Part shown: positions 29,240 to 42,948 of the stretch, in pieces | Position numbering within the stretch: position 1 is the first letter of the stretch | Layout of the letters: the number at the start of each line of letters is the position of its first letter | DNA from: the human T2T-CHM13v2.0 reference genome, Homo sapiens | Strand: one strand, 5' to 3' | DNA: 64,000 bases | Assembly: GCF_009914755.1 (NCBI RefSeq) | Contig: NC_060928.1 | Position numbers and translations under genes: made by a program | The notes under the pieces: model-generated | What the model was told of the DNA's origin: nothing | Databases searched by the model: none | What the model saw: only the letters and a program-made list of their open reading frames with translations

Positions 29240-30319
29240 TTCCTAAGATACCTTCTATTTTAAAAACAAATACCTTATGTTTTAAAATACCTTTTATTTT
29301 AAAAACTTTCATTTTGTTTGTTAGCAAAATCAACTTAATGCTGGTCATTTAAATTCACTGCTTCATTGATGATAAAAACACAAACATTAAATAAAAAACT
29401 TCTATTTCAAAAAACAGAGTTCATTTGTTTGTTTTACTTCTAGAGGCTCTACTTATTTTAAAATTACACATTTAAAGTCATTTATTAGGTCCTTACTTAA
29501 TTTGAGATAATTAGCACATATAATTTTTCTCATCCATTTCTAACTCACTTCTTTTCTTTATTATCAAGTTTACAGTGTTAAAGTGTGTAGCATTAAATTA
29601 ACATTTTAAAACCATAATTCCTCATATTCTTCACTTTGTATACTCATATACAGATGAATTGACATATTAACACTTTCCTCTTGTGGCTTCTCCATCAGTT
29701 AGAACTTTGTTTTGATACATCTTTCAGTTCTCAGTATGTTATCATCAAATATTTCTTTCCCTCCAAGTGTGACTCATGGGTACTGTTTTTCCAGAATTCT
29801 TATTGATCTTAGAATAGTACAACTCAACTACTTATAATTCCCTGGTAACATTTTCTTTCTGAAGAATTTAGTTGGAATTGTTCTACTTCTTTGAATTTGA
29901 GTGTCAAACGTTGAAGAAATCTAACATAAACAGTTACTTAATCTAAGTGACCTCCCCAAAACTGAAAGTTAGTAATTCTACCAAAGTATATCTTAATGTT
30001 AATAAAACTATAATGTATTTTATTCAATAATGTGTGACCTATTAATTTATAAATTTATATTTAAATTTTTATTTTTTTCTATGATCTCCCTTGGGAAAAT
30101 CTATTATGTTTACATTTAATTTATATCTTCTAGGTTGCATAGCAATCATCTTATTTACAAATTTTTGTGTACCATTGCATTTTTAAAAGTTATTTTTGGG
30201 TGATTTAAAAAAACTGTGGTGGTTTTCAGTTTATTTGGAGTACTGTTTCTTCTGATTCCATTGTTTAAAGTATAAATTTGTTTATTTTTATAGTTTTTAA
30301 TTTTGCTTTAAGGTTACGT

Positions 30320-33300
30320 ATTGGAGACTTTGTTAGCATGCCTCATCCAATTGGAACAAGCAAAATAGTGTACAGAGATTCATACTGCAAACTTTTATCC
30401 AAGAAGACATGTTACAGCTCAACAGGAAAGGTGGAAAAACTTGGAATACTTTGAAAGGACCAGTGGGCAGCAGCCTGACCCACTGGTTTGGTGAAAAACT
30501 GCAAGGTTTCAGAGTATTAAATGGGGGATAGACTGACCTCATAGTAGACAATTCTAGTGGGAAGCCAGGCAATTCAGGTCATGGGGGAGCTCCTTGATTC
30601 TACAAAGCCCTGGATCTGACTTGGTGAGCAGAAGGGAGTCTATGGGAGAGACATTAGGGGTGTTTTAGGTGGACTCTCAGAGCCTGGTGCCAATACAACA
30701 AAGCCATTTTTTCTTAATTCATAGGGAATCTTGCAGAAATCTTTTGGCTAACTCAGGCAGTAGTCACAGAGAGAAAGAGGCTCCCAATTGAGATCAGCAA
30801 TCTAATCTTGTTGGGGGATGAATCCCTGTGGCCAGATCTGAGAGGCAAGCAGAGAGTGGGTTTTTGTTACAGGAATAGGAATTGAGTAACACCTGCTTTG
30901 TAGCCTGGACCAATAGGAGTGTGGCTGGGAGCTGGGATTCATTTCCCAGGAAGAGAGTCTGGGGCAAATTCACAATTTGAGCATAGACTTTTTGAGACTC
31001 AGCTGGCTGTTTTGGCTTGCTGTCAGTGGCAGGCTGTCATCTCAAGGATGTGGGAGCTGAGCGACTCTCACTACCATGTATTTCGCTGTGGAGCCTGGGC
31101 TGCCCCTCTCTCCCCATAAGGGCTCTTTTGAGTAGCAGAGGTGTTCCTCCCTGAACTTTGCTTTAGTGGCCAGGGAACTACTTTCTGACCTCCATTGGGT
31201 GCCCCCCTTTGCCTGCTGTTAGAAAACCTAAAAACAGGATTTTTTGACCAAGCCCTCACACAGCTTTTCTCTCTTATTCACCCTGTTGGCAGAACATAAG
31301 AGAGAAAACACCAGAAGTTCCATGTCTCTGCCCATCTCCTGGCACATATGAGTACTTCTTCTGATCAACAGAGGTCAAACATAAATCCCACAGTCACCAC
31401 TGCACCTGGCTGTTTCCTTCAAAAACCACCTATTGACCAGGTGTTGACTCTATATAGCCCATTAAAACATCTGCTGACAGTATTGCACAGCACTCGGGAA
31501 TGAGACAAGCTTTGCATAACTTCAGCTACTTCCCTCACAACACTCCAACTGCTTAGGAGGCCCCCAATCCCACTCACCCACATGATAGCTTACTACTACA
31601 ATTGGCATTTGAGAAAGCCACCATACTAAGCCTAACTATAACCAAGGAATTCATACAGAGCCTTGACCCCCTGAAAGCACCCAGAAGCAAAGCCAAATGA
31701 CCCCATTCAATGTACATTACTGTCACTTCTTCTTTGGGGATGGGGAGTCTCATCCAAATAAAAGCAAATTAAAAAATAAAAAGGGACAGTCAATCCCACC
31801 CATGAGGATAGGTCCCTCAGATACCCTCCTTCTTACTACTGTTACAATGATATTTAATATTCTTACGTTTTAATGTTAGTACTGTTTTTTTAAGTCTCCA
31901 GATGAGAAGAAACCAGTGTAACAATTCTGGCAATATAAAAAACAGGGGTGATGACACCACCAAAGGATTATTCTAGTGCTTTAGCAATAAATTCTAAACA
32001 AAATGAAAATTCTATCTCAAAATGAAATAAATAACACAAAATATGAACAGTATGGAAGCTCAATGAGATCAAAGAGAAAGTTGAGAAATAGCACAAAAAT
32101 CAGAAAAACAATTCACGACATGAATTAAAAAATTACTAAAGAGATAGACTTTTTTTTAGAACCAGACAAACAGAACTTCTAGAAATAATAATTCATTGAA
32201 TAAATTACTAAATGCATTTAAAATTTTAACAATAAACTAGAATAAGAAGGAGAAAAATATCTCATATCTTGAAGACATGTTTTTAAAATTAACCCAGTCA
32301 GACAAAAATAAAGAAAAAAAATAAAAATGAACAAGACCTTTAAGAGGTATGGGATTATGTAAAGCAAACAAATCTCTGAGTTATAGTTATTCCTAAGGGA
32401 GAAAAAAAGTAAAATATTTTGATCTCCTACTTGAGAAAATAATTGAGGAAAACTCACCTGGTCTTGCTAGAGATTTAGACCTCAACATACAAAAAGGTCA
32501 GAGTACTACTGGAAGTTACATCGCAAGAAGAATTTCACCAAAGCATATAGTCATGAGACTATGTAACGTCAATATGAAGGAAAAAATTCTAAAATTAGCA
32601 AGAGATAAATGTCTAGTGACCTATAAATGAAATCCTATCAGACTAACAATGGACTTTAAAGCATAAACCTTACAAGTGAGAATATATTGGGATTCTATTT
32701 TTACTCTTCTTAAAGAAAAACATTGTCAGCCAAGAATTTTATATTCTGCTAAATGAAGCTTCATAAATGAAGAAGAAATGATGTATTTCTCAGACAAGCA
32801 CATGCCAAGAAAATTTGTCACTACTAGATTGGCCTACAAGAAATATTCATAAGAGTTCTAAGTAAGGAAATGAAAGGCTGATACATCATTAAAACACACA
32901 AAAGTCTGCAGTAGACAGGTTTTATAAGACAATTACACAATTAGGCTATAAAGTAATTAACAATTAACATTGTTATAGGAAGAAAACCTCACATATCGAC
33001 AATAATGCTGAAGGTAAAGAACTAAATACTTCACTTAAAATATGTAGATCGGCAGAATGGATTAAAAAAAAATAACACAGGGCTCGACCATATCCTGCTT
33101 AAAATGAACCCACCTAACTGGTAAAGACATTCATAAACTCAAAGGAAAGGGATGGAAAAACATATTATTTCATGATCACAGAAACCAAAAGGGAGCAGGT
33201 GTAGCTATACTTACATCAGATAAAACAGACTTTCAATCAACCACAGTTAAAAAAAAAAAAAAGACAAAGAGAGCCATTACATGTAGATAAAAGGAATCAA

Positions 33301-33590
33301 TTCAACAAGAGGATATAGCAATCCTAAGTATATATGCTCCCAACACTTGAGCACCTAGATGTATAAAACAAAAACTACTATACCTAAGAAAGGAGATAGA
33401 CAGCAATACAATACTAGTGAGGGACTTCAACACCCTATAGACAAACTAGGCAGATCGTATAAACTAGGCAGATCATCTAGGCAGAAATCAACATGGAAAC
33501 TGGACGTAAATTGTACTCTAGGCCAAATGGACATAACATATATTTATAAAACATTCTATCCTACAATTTCAGAATATACAGTCTTCCATG
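30320..33590 (+). mobile_element. L1PB-type 5' half (5' UTR, ORF1, endonuclease region of ORF2), 3'-truncated
   Basis: CAGATGAGAAGAAACCAG ORF1 start region; GTAGCTATACTTACATCAGATAAAACAGACTTT and ATATATGCTCCCAAC endonuclease motifs. Confidence 0.85.
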
Positions 33591-33989
33591 GTGGATAGGT
33601 TACTTGAGCCCATGTGTTTGAAACCAATCTGAATAACTTTATCTTTTCTCCTCCCAACTTTCCTTATCCTGTTCTTTCTTTCCTAAGGCATTAATATGGC
33701 AGCTAATTATGCATAGCTGTGCGGAAGAGTTTGTGAGCCATGCAGGAGCATGAGCTGCAGTTGGGCACCCATGCAAAGTGCTGGCTTGAAGTCCTACTGT
33801 CCAATGATATAGATCCATGGAGGAGTTGGAAGCATGGGCATGGCTCGCATGGGAGATTATTTTTATTAAACAAATTTATAAGTGAATTTAACAAAACAAA
33901 TGTGCTAAAGATAATTACAGCCAAGTTTTTGCAAGAAAAGGATAAACCCATGAAAAGGAGAAAGAATAAAAGATGAAGTGTTACATCAT

Positions 33990-34880
33990 AGGTGTTATTT
34001 TATTATAGACAAAAAGATAAATTTAGAGGTGTATAAGTGTGTATATAAAAGCATACATGCATTTATTGTCTAGTTCTTTGCAATGAACTAGAAGCAATGA
34101 CATTGTAGAGAGTGAACAAGTTCCTCTACATTTTTAGGTTGCGTGGCTAAACCTGAGAATTAAATTGCCAAAAAATAGACTAACAAGAAAAAAAAAGTTT
34201 CATTTTATGCTAATATTTTTACATATTCACAGAGGTCTTCTTATATAAGAAATGAATACCTAAAGAAGCAGATAGACCTAAGAGATTATACACCATTTTA
34301 GCAAAGAATGATAAATTGTGGAGACATGACAAGACAGAAGTAAAAAAAGAGTTTGGGCTAGAGGAAATAAATTGTGGGAAAGTGAGTAGAAAATATATGA
34401 AAGAAACTAGTGAAAGATAAGATTTATTTTAGAAGGTTTGCTTGTACAGATTCATACTGGCATGGACCCCTGCTTCCAGTGAGAAGAATGTTCTTTGTTT
34501 TCTAGTATGGTAAGGGCATCTTTCTAAAGAAAAAGTTATTATTTGATTTTAGGTAGAAAGCTGGAATTCAGGCACCTCTTCCTACATTTGCTATTTCTTA
34601 ATTGCCCTCAGCACAAAATAATCAATATGCTAAATGGCATGTTTTAGGGTGATATATCCTCATCTTCTTGTACATCCAGTAGTAATGAGCAACTCATTGA
34701 GAGCCCTCATCTTAGTTTCAAAATACCATCTTCCAATATCTAGACCAAGGTTACTTGGTTAAATGGTTAATACTAATGTTGGGTGAAGGAAAATACAAAA
34801 TGAGTCTGCAATATTTTGCACTAAAAAAGTAGGAAAATGTTCAATTTATTGTGGGATTTAAAAGCATCATCTAAACAACC
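33990..34880 (+). mobile_element. L1MC3/4-like 3' UTR fragment, split by an LTR
   Basis: CTAGAAGCAATGACA...CCAGTAGTAATGAGC...AATACCAT...AAAATACAAAATGAGTCTG. Confidence 0.6.
34104..34671 (-). mobile_element. ERV1 MER34-group solo LTR
   Basis: CAGCACAAAATAATCAATATGCTAAATGGCATGTTTTAGGGTG end motif; TSD ACAT at 34100 and 34672. Confidence 0.7.
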
Positions 34881-35009
34881 ACAAATATCTGAGTTCTCAT
34901 ACTCTATGCTAGCCCACTAGCAGGAGGACAACAACAAATATTTTAAGTTCTTTCATGTGTCATGTACAATTTCTATTATAGTAACAAATTCTATTATAGT
35001 ATTATGGTC

Positions 35010-35470
35010 TCTAAAGACAACATATACAACATACTACAGTTTAAACCATAAAAAGTTCATTTGTCTCCCATTTAAAAATCTAGAAGTCGGTGATCCAAGG
35101 CTGGTGTAGTGCCCTACATGGTGGGGATATATAACCTGTCAATCACACTTTTCTGCAGCATGAAGCCACATGAAAAAAATTATTTTATGTAGTCATATGT
35201 ACAATCACCACATTGCTATTTCAGCTAGCAAAACGAAAAAAGGACGTATATTTTTCTTAATGACATTTTCCAAAAATTATACTTAGATCTTCCATATGAA
35301 TCTTATTTGTACCAACTTGGTCATATGGTTTACATATAGCTGCTAAATGGTGGTGGGAAATGTATGCAAGTCAGGCAACCATTTACTGAGCTAAAATATG
35401 AGGATTTTACCGCTATAGAATAATGATGAGAATTGACATTGGGGAAGGCAAATAATAATATCTACTCCAA
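35010..35470 (-). mobile_element. Old MaLR LTR (MLT1J/K/L-like)
   Basis: TCCAAGGCTGGTG, ACTTGGTCATATGG, GGGAAATGTA and GACATTGGG motifs. Confidence 0.5.
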
Positions 35471-37315
35471 AAGTTATTAATAATTCACTCACATATTCCT
35501 TTACTCCAATTATTTAGATCAACCTGTTGATACATTCAAATCCATGATGTGGCATTAAATTTCCTGTTACTGTAGATAGTTCTTCTATACAATCTATTCT
35601 GGGTTGTCCTGTGTGCCCACTGCACAGATGTCCTCCTGGAATCTTCAGTCTCATTTATTCGTATAAGTACTGAGCGCTAACCGATTGCATAACTGCAGCC
35701 ACTTCAGTACCAATTATACTATTCATTTTATTTAACCAGGTTGGTAGTTTCCTTGTGGAGTGTCCATTGCCTGTATTATGATAACTTTTCTTATGGGCTA
35801 ATCAAATTTTGAGATAAATTTCCAATTTCTTAACTGTTTTTGAAATGATACTCTATTCTAATTAAGAGATTTTTTAAAAAAAATTTAACACCATCCAGAG
35901 AATATATCTTTCATTTTCTGTCAGTGTGTAGGAGAAACAGAAGAATCATGTATTTGAGCTTGTAACTCCTTATTAAACAGATTTTTAATAAATGTTATTT
36001 CTCCCTTAGCAATTCTTTTTACCTTTACTTTCACCCAGTCAGATACCCCTAATTCCTGGGCCATATGAGGATTCTGAGATGCATATATGAGTTATTCTCA
36101 GCTTTCATTATTTGGGGCTTAGAATATAAATTTTTTGAGAGTGATAAATCAATAATATCTCAAGTTGTGTTTCCCTTCCAAAATGTTGTTGCTATTATTT
36201 TATTGCTATGAAATTTATCTTTGGAGATATATATGTTTAAAAGCATTTGTCACTCTTTAGTAGGGCTTGGCAAATTCATAAACATAAAGGTTCAATGAAG
36301 TTAGTTTTACTTAATTTATTAACTAAAAATACAAAAGACAGCAAACCTTATTCATATTAAATATACACAAGGACATTTATTTGATTCTGAATGTATGACA
36401 GTTATATATAACATATATTGCATAAATCATATGAAAGAAAAATAATGTGTTCCAGGCTACATAGAGTCTGAGAACAGAGCCTTTATTTCTTTATCTATTC
36501 CATGAGATAGTGATGTATTTTTGTTTTTCATGTCCTGTTAAGTCAATGACAGATTATTTTATCATAGATGACATTTACTAAACTGTAGTTCCTTTTGAGA
36601 TTGATAATGACCAAAATGCTTTTTTGAACCTACCCGAAGTTCACTAATAATCTCCTGGCAAGTCCACTTTTTAAAAATTGTCAAAGATGGAGATGCATCA
36701 TTATAGTTGTCCTTTATAAAAATACAAGTATACCAAATTTGCTGACTATCTCTGTGATGATGCGTGTCCCTTAGTGATACTTTTCTCTGTTAATAGGAAA
36801 TGTCTTTTTTAATTCCAAGTCAGATAAATCAAGCTTACAGATACGTAAATAAAATATATCTTCAGGAGGAGTGCTTGTGCTTTTCATGGTGTAACTGCAC
36901 AACAACGTCATGGGTGACACAACCACTTTCTATTTTTTTGTTTGCTGTACATTAATGTGGAGATTTTTTTCTTTCTCCTCCTGATGAAGCATAATTATCA
37001 CAAGATATTTGCTGTGCCTTGAAGCATTTACATCTGGTTCCAGGCATAAAAAATGAGAAAAATAAGTAATTCATTATTTCAGAAAGTTTTAATTTATTTA
37101 GTAAATTATTTATTTATTGTTTTGAAGCAGGCAGGAGGGAAAAAAAAGAATTATTCTTATATCTCAGCAGTCAGAATTGTTCACTTATCTTACCAAAGAC
37201 CAATCAAAAAAATATAAGAAAGGAGATTACTGAAACTATTTCTCACCAATTTTGATTTAACCAATGGACTTAAATAGGAATCTATCTCCATAGAATGATG
37301 AATTTACTCTCCATT

Positions 37316-37486
37316 ATTCTCCTCCCTTCTTTCCCCTTCCTTCCTTCCTTCCCTCCCTCCCTCCTTTCTCTTTCTTTCTTTCTTTCCTTCCGTCTGTCTT
37401 TCTTTCTTTCTTTCCTTCGATCCATCTTTCTTTTTCTTTCTTTCTTTCTTTCTTTTTTTCTTTCTTTCTCTTTCTTTCTTTCTTTT

Positions 37487-37535
<49 letters not shown>

Positions 37536-37583
37536 TTTTTCTTTCTTTCCTTCCTTCCTTTCTTCCTTCCGTCTGTCTGTCTG

Positions 37584-37638
<55 letters not shown>

Positions 37639-37728
37639 CTCTCTCTTCTTTCTCTTTCTCTCTCTTCCTTCCTTCTTTCCTTCCTTCCTTCCTTCCTTTT
37701 CTTTCTTTCTTTTTTTCTTTTTCTTTTT
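37316..37728. repeat. ~410 bp (CTTT)n/(CCTT)n/(CTGT)n polypyrimidine tract, an expanded Alu tail
   Basis: Direct reading; lies between the Alu body and its TSD. Confidence 0.95.
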
Positions 37729-38009
<281 letters not shown>

Positions 38010-39349
38010 CTACCCTCCATTTTCCTAACAAACTGTGGTTGTATAAAGAGAAAACAAAATGGATATTACCCTCTGGGGAAACAGAAGAAAAGATGTAAAT
38101 ACCTAACATTTTAAAAAAATATATATTTTATTCCAGTGAAAACCAAAATTTAAGAGTGACTAAACATTTATTCAAAATTGGATGTTTTAAATAATACCTT
38201 TATTATGGGATTTTGCTGCCAAAAGTTTTGCACCTCCCTCATGCCTGCTGATGGCATGCTTACTCCTAGAAAATATTAAAAAATCAAAATATATCATGTT
38301 ACAATTAAAATTATACCTCCTTAACAATAAGAATTGTGGAAAATAACTAACTATAAGTTATATAATTATTTTTTATATAATTAGTGGATTAATTAGAAAA
38401 AAGTAGCATGATTTAACAAGTACAGTGAATATTTTACTTTTATTTACATCCGTATGTCTTTATGAATTGCATTTTTAGCTGTGCCAGCAATTGAACCAAG
38501 ATTGCAATACATTAAATTTAGATTTATTCACAAAGAATTTAAATAAGATCTAGGATAATAAGAGGTCTATTCAACCAAATTGTTGTTGTAAATGTACTAA
38601 AATACTAGAAAATAATTATAAATTATCAGTTTAGTTATAAGAACATTGTGAGAGTAAAACATATTTTGTTTCATTAAAATTACATTAAAACTATTAGAAG
38701 TAGCACTCACATTATTGTAGCAAAAGCACATTACATGGTACATATTATTAATTTCAGCTCTGGCTAAAAGCGTCTTTAAGCCTTAGTTAAAAGTGTAATG
38801 AATAACCCTTAAAGAACAGGGGGGGCAGTTCATACAAGTGAGTAGAAAAGACAAAAGCCTTAACCGGGCATTACATACTATCTCTTTATATTACGGGTAG
38901 AAGTTTATCTATATTGGCTAAGAAAAAGAAAATGCTTTATATATTTAAAGAAAAAAATATATAAAATTATATATATGTGTATACATGTCTATATATGTGT
39001 TGTGTGTATAAATGTCTATATATGTATATTTATATTTGTGTGTGTGGTTGTTAGTAATTATTTGTTCTGTTTATCTGATACCCTGAATTTAAAATGTATC
39101 TTAAAAGAAATTACATTCACTAAAGGGACTATTATAGAAGACATTTCCTCATAAATTATAACCCATAATTTTTTTAGGAATCAATTTTTAATAATAAAAT
39201 ATGATTAAATTAACATATTAATAATGAATTCTGCTACTATTAAAATTATACTACTATTCAGAACCTAGCAGATTAATTTGAAAATAAAGTATTGAATTCT
39301 AGTTTGACACATAACCTATGAGTCATCCAGTTTTGTAAAAATACATATT

Positions 39350-39605
39350 TTAAATGTTAATGTATTGTGGGTACATAGTAGGCATGTGTACATAGTATAT
39401 ATTTATGGAGTATATGAGATATTTTGATACAAACATAAAATGCATAATAGGCACATAAGGGTAAATGGGTTATCCGTCACCTCAAACATTTATCCTTTGG
39501 GCTACAAACAAATTATTCTCCTTTTAGTTATTTTAAAATGTACAATAAATAATTGTACAATACATCATTGTGACTGTAGTCACCTTATTGTGCTATACAA
39601 ATATG
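39350..39605 (-). mobile_element. L1MA2/3 3' end
   Basis: TGTGGGTACATAGTAGG...GAGATATTTTGATAC...GGGTAAATGGG...CACCTCAAACATTTATCC. Confidence 0.8.
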
Positions 39606-39918
39606 TTAATAAAATATTGGCCTAATAGTAAATGCAAATATTTACATTTAAAAGTTACACTTTTATTTCAAACACTTGATTAATATTCTTTTACTGGAAC
39701 ATAAAAACAAAAGTCTAAATTAAATGATCACAATAAAAAAGTAATTATTTCTTTAATAAAACACAAAGGAGAAAAAAGAGTTAAAACTAATTATATAATA
39801 CTATTTACACTAAACTCTTGATATCATTTGATTACTCTTCCCAATTACTAACTGGGGAAAAGAATTAAAGTGGCAAATTTTTTTTCAAGGAAAGATAGAA
39901 TCCAGGTCACATCCCACT

Positions 39919-40323
39919 TGCTATAATTTCTAAGTCTGTGTCCCTCCAAAATTATTGTGTTTAAACCTAATGTTCAATATGATAATAGGTGGGGCCTTTT
40001 GGAAACTGATTAAGTCATGAGTGCTCTACTCTCATAAGTGGGATTAGTACTCTTATAAAACAGATTGAAGAGAGTGCTCTAGCCCCCTTTTACCCTGCAC
40101 CCTTCTGCCATGTAAGAATACAGCATTTGTCCCTTCTACTATGAAATTATGCAGCAACAAAGCATTATCTTGGAAGCAGAAAGTGAGCCCTTGCCGGAAA
40201 CTGAATTAGCTGGTGTCTCGATCTGGGACTTTCCAGCCTTCAGAACTATGAGAAATAAATTTGTTGTTTATAAATTACCTCGTCTATGGCATTTTGTTAT
40301 AGTAGCAAGGACAGATTAAGACG
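39919..40323 (+). mobile_element. MSTD-like MaLR solo LTR
   Basis: TGCTAT start; GGTGGGGCCTTT; GCAACAAAGCATTATCTTGGAAGCAG; end TTTTGTTATAGTAGC...GATTAAGAC. Confidence 0.8.
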
Positions 40324-40392
40324 TCATATTTATCTCCCTATAAATGTGCTAACTAAATTTCTGGAAATAAATGAATGCTAATTTACTAGAGT

Positions 40393-40660
40393 AGTGGTTC
40401 TAGAAGTATGTTCTATGTACATTTTGGGTTTTTTGCAACCAATTGAAATGATCCGTAGGGCTGAACTATTTTTATGAAAATGCTGAGGCATTATTTATAT
40501 TTTTATTGTGTTGACATATGCACTTATGGTAGAAAAATAATGTTGGTAAAATTGCAAACATCCATAAATGAATTCAAGTACATCAAATTCTATCAGCAGT
40601 TACTGTATTTTATACTCCTATAAACTATAAATTTGGCTTAATGTTACAGAATATCTTTGC
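40393..40660. mobile_element. Charlie1-like hAT DNA transposon end fragment
   Basis: AGTGGTTCT terminus; AACTATTTTTATG; TGTGTTGACATATGCACTTATGGT. Confidence 0.6.
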
Positions 40661-40664
40661 TAAA

Positions 40665-41142
40665 TGTAATGGTTAAATATGAAGTGTCAACTTTGCAAGG
40701 CTATGGTATCCAAGTAATGGGGAAGTATTTTATAGATGTGATTAACATCTATAGCAGTTTATTTTAAATAAAGGAGATTACCATAAACAATATAGATGGA
40801 CCTCATCCAACCAGTTAAAAGCCTTAAGAGGAAAACAAAACAAAACGACACGATGCTGAGTTTTTTTCAGAGAAGAAGAAATTCTGCCTCAAGACCATAA
40901 CAAGAAATTATGCCTGAGTTTCCAACCTGTTGGAAACTGTTGGGCTGCCCTATGTATTTCGAATTTTAGAATGCAACATTAAGTCTTGCCTCAGTTTCCT
41001 GCCTACCAGTCTTCCAACAGAATTTAGACTTGCCAGCTCCCATTAATGCGAGTCAATTCTTTAAAATAAATCTGTATACGTTATATCCATATTTATCTAT
41101 ATCCTACTAGTTCAATTGCTCTTGAGAATTTTGACTGTTATA
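40665..41142 (+). mobile_element. MLT2D-like ERV-L 5' LTR
   Basis: TGTAATGGTTAA...GTGTCAACTT start; CCTCATCCAACCAGTT; AGAAGAAATTCTGCCTCAAGAC; followed by the ERV-L leader. Confidence 0.82.
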
Positions 41143-42236
41143 GCTTTTGATACTGAGAGTGGTTCTAGAATAACAGTCTTAAGGATGAGTTTCTGTGAAT
41201 TAATTATGAGATTTCTGGAATTGTCTCATACTACAGTTTGAATGTTTTCCCCTCTAAAATTGAAACTTAATCCCCAATGTGGCAATATTGAGAGGTGGAG
41301 GCTGCTGTTACAGAGCTGGAATCCTTAAATGCAGTTGGAATAATTGGATACCAGGGTGGCAGGGATCAAGTGGCGGCACTTAATTGTAAGAGATAAGGCA
41401 GATGTAGTTACTGTAATGAACAATTTAAAGGAGTAATCAAAATCGTCTGGCTCCTGGAGACCTATGGCATCGTGTCCCCAGGAGAGAAATAGATGGGCAG
41501 TCTAATAAATTCTTATTTAATCTGTGAAAGTGGAAGAATTCTAGGTCAAGTGAACAGAAGTCTGACTTGAAACATCAAAAAGAATCATGTTCCCTGAATC
41601 AGTTCCCAGATTTGAACCAGTTTACAGACCCAGAACAGCTTGTATGAAAAGGAGGTCAAGTCTCTTTGAGAAAGGACCTCAATAAATGGCTAGAAATGCA
41701 TACTGTTAATCTCTTTCTCAGCCTTCTCCTGAGGGACATACAGCCTTTTACCAGGGTGACTGCACTGGGGAAAAGGAAATAATGAGATGTTTGGGGGATT
41801 GCTGGGCACAGGCTCTAAACTGAAACTAATGCTAGGAGGTCCAAATATCACCATAGTCCACTAGTTAGAGAAGGGGCTTATGGAAATCAGTTGATAAATG
41901 GAGTTTTAGTTCAAGTCCATCTCATAGCAGGCCCAGTGTGTCCCCAAATCCATCTGGTGGTGATGTCTCTAGTTCCAAAATGCATAATTGGAATAAACAT
42001 ACTCAGCAATGGACAGACTGCTATGTTTCCTGGCCTGAGGAGTGAGGGCTACTGTGGTGAAAAAGGCCAAGTGGAAACTGCTAGAACTGCATCTACCTAA
42101 AAAAATAGCAAACCAAAAACAATACCATAGTACTGGAGGGACTGCAGAGATTAGTTCTATTATTAAGATTCAAAGAGTTCAGGAGTGGTGATTCTTACCA
42201 CATCTCCATTTATCATGTGTTTTTGGTCCATGCAAT
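41143..42236 (+). mobile_element. ERV-L internal relic (leader, end of gag, protease, start of RT), defective; contains an MST LTR fragment at 41229-41302
   Basis: LLGTGS (degenerate DTG protease site); ORF 41891..42100 INGVLVQVHLIAGPVCPQIHLVVMSLVPKCIIGINILS; KAKWKLLEL...NQKQY. Confidence 0.88.
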
Positions 42237-42304
42237 GGATAGTTGTGTAAAGGAAGAGAAGAAAATAAACTAGGAGAAGTATGTTAGCAAAATACTATGA
42301 GTGC

Positions 42305-42948
42305 ATAATTGTTGTATAATGCTGCATAACAAATTATCACCAATTTAACAATGTAAAACAGCACGTGTTTATGATTTCACAGTTTCCATGCATCAGAAGT
42401 CTGGCATATTTTCACTGGATTCCATGCTGAAGGTCTCACCGTGCTAAAATCAATGTGTAAGGCTTGATCTTGTCTGAGACTCAGAGTTTTTTTTTTTTTT
42501 TTTTTTTTTGATGCTTACTTTTTATTGACAGTGATTATTTAGTTCCTTTTGGCTGTAGAACTGAAGGTTGTGTTTTTTGCTAGTTCTCAAATGGGGCTGT
42601 TCTGAGGTCCTAGGGATCTCTAGTCATTCCCTGCCATAAGTCTTTATATATACATTATGGGAGTTGGCTCCTTCAAGGCCAATAGAAGGATCTCTCCTCC
42701 CAAATCTCTCTAACATTTATTAAGGGCTCACCCAGGATAACATTCATTTTGAGTAACTCAAAGTCAGGTGATTAGAGATGTTAATTACTTATGAAAAACC
42801 CCTCTGATATGTAAGGTGACACAATCATGGGAGTGATTTCCCATCATTTTCACAAGTCAGGTTTACACCTAATGTGAGGATACTATATAGAGTGCCTACA
42901 CCAGGGGGTGGGAATCTTAGGCTCCCTGCTAAGATTCTGCCTGCTACA
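42305..42948 (-). mobile_element. MLT1E-type MaLR LTR
   Basis: TGCTGCATAACAAATTA start; AACTCAAAGTC...GATTAG; GGGAATCTT...AGATTCTGCCTGCTACA end. Confidence 0.75.

Noticed and set aside
35960-36300. Possible HAL1/L1ME fragment, plus several short L2/MIR-like scraps elsewhere (~3260, 13750, 14800, 27260, 49420, 58920)
   Set aside because: Similarity is too weak to delimit by eye
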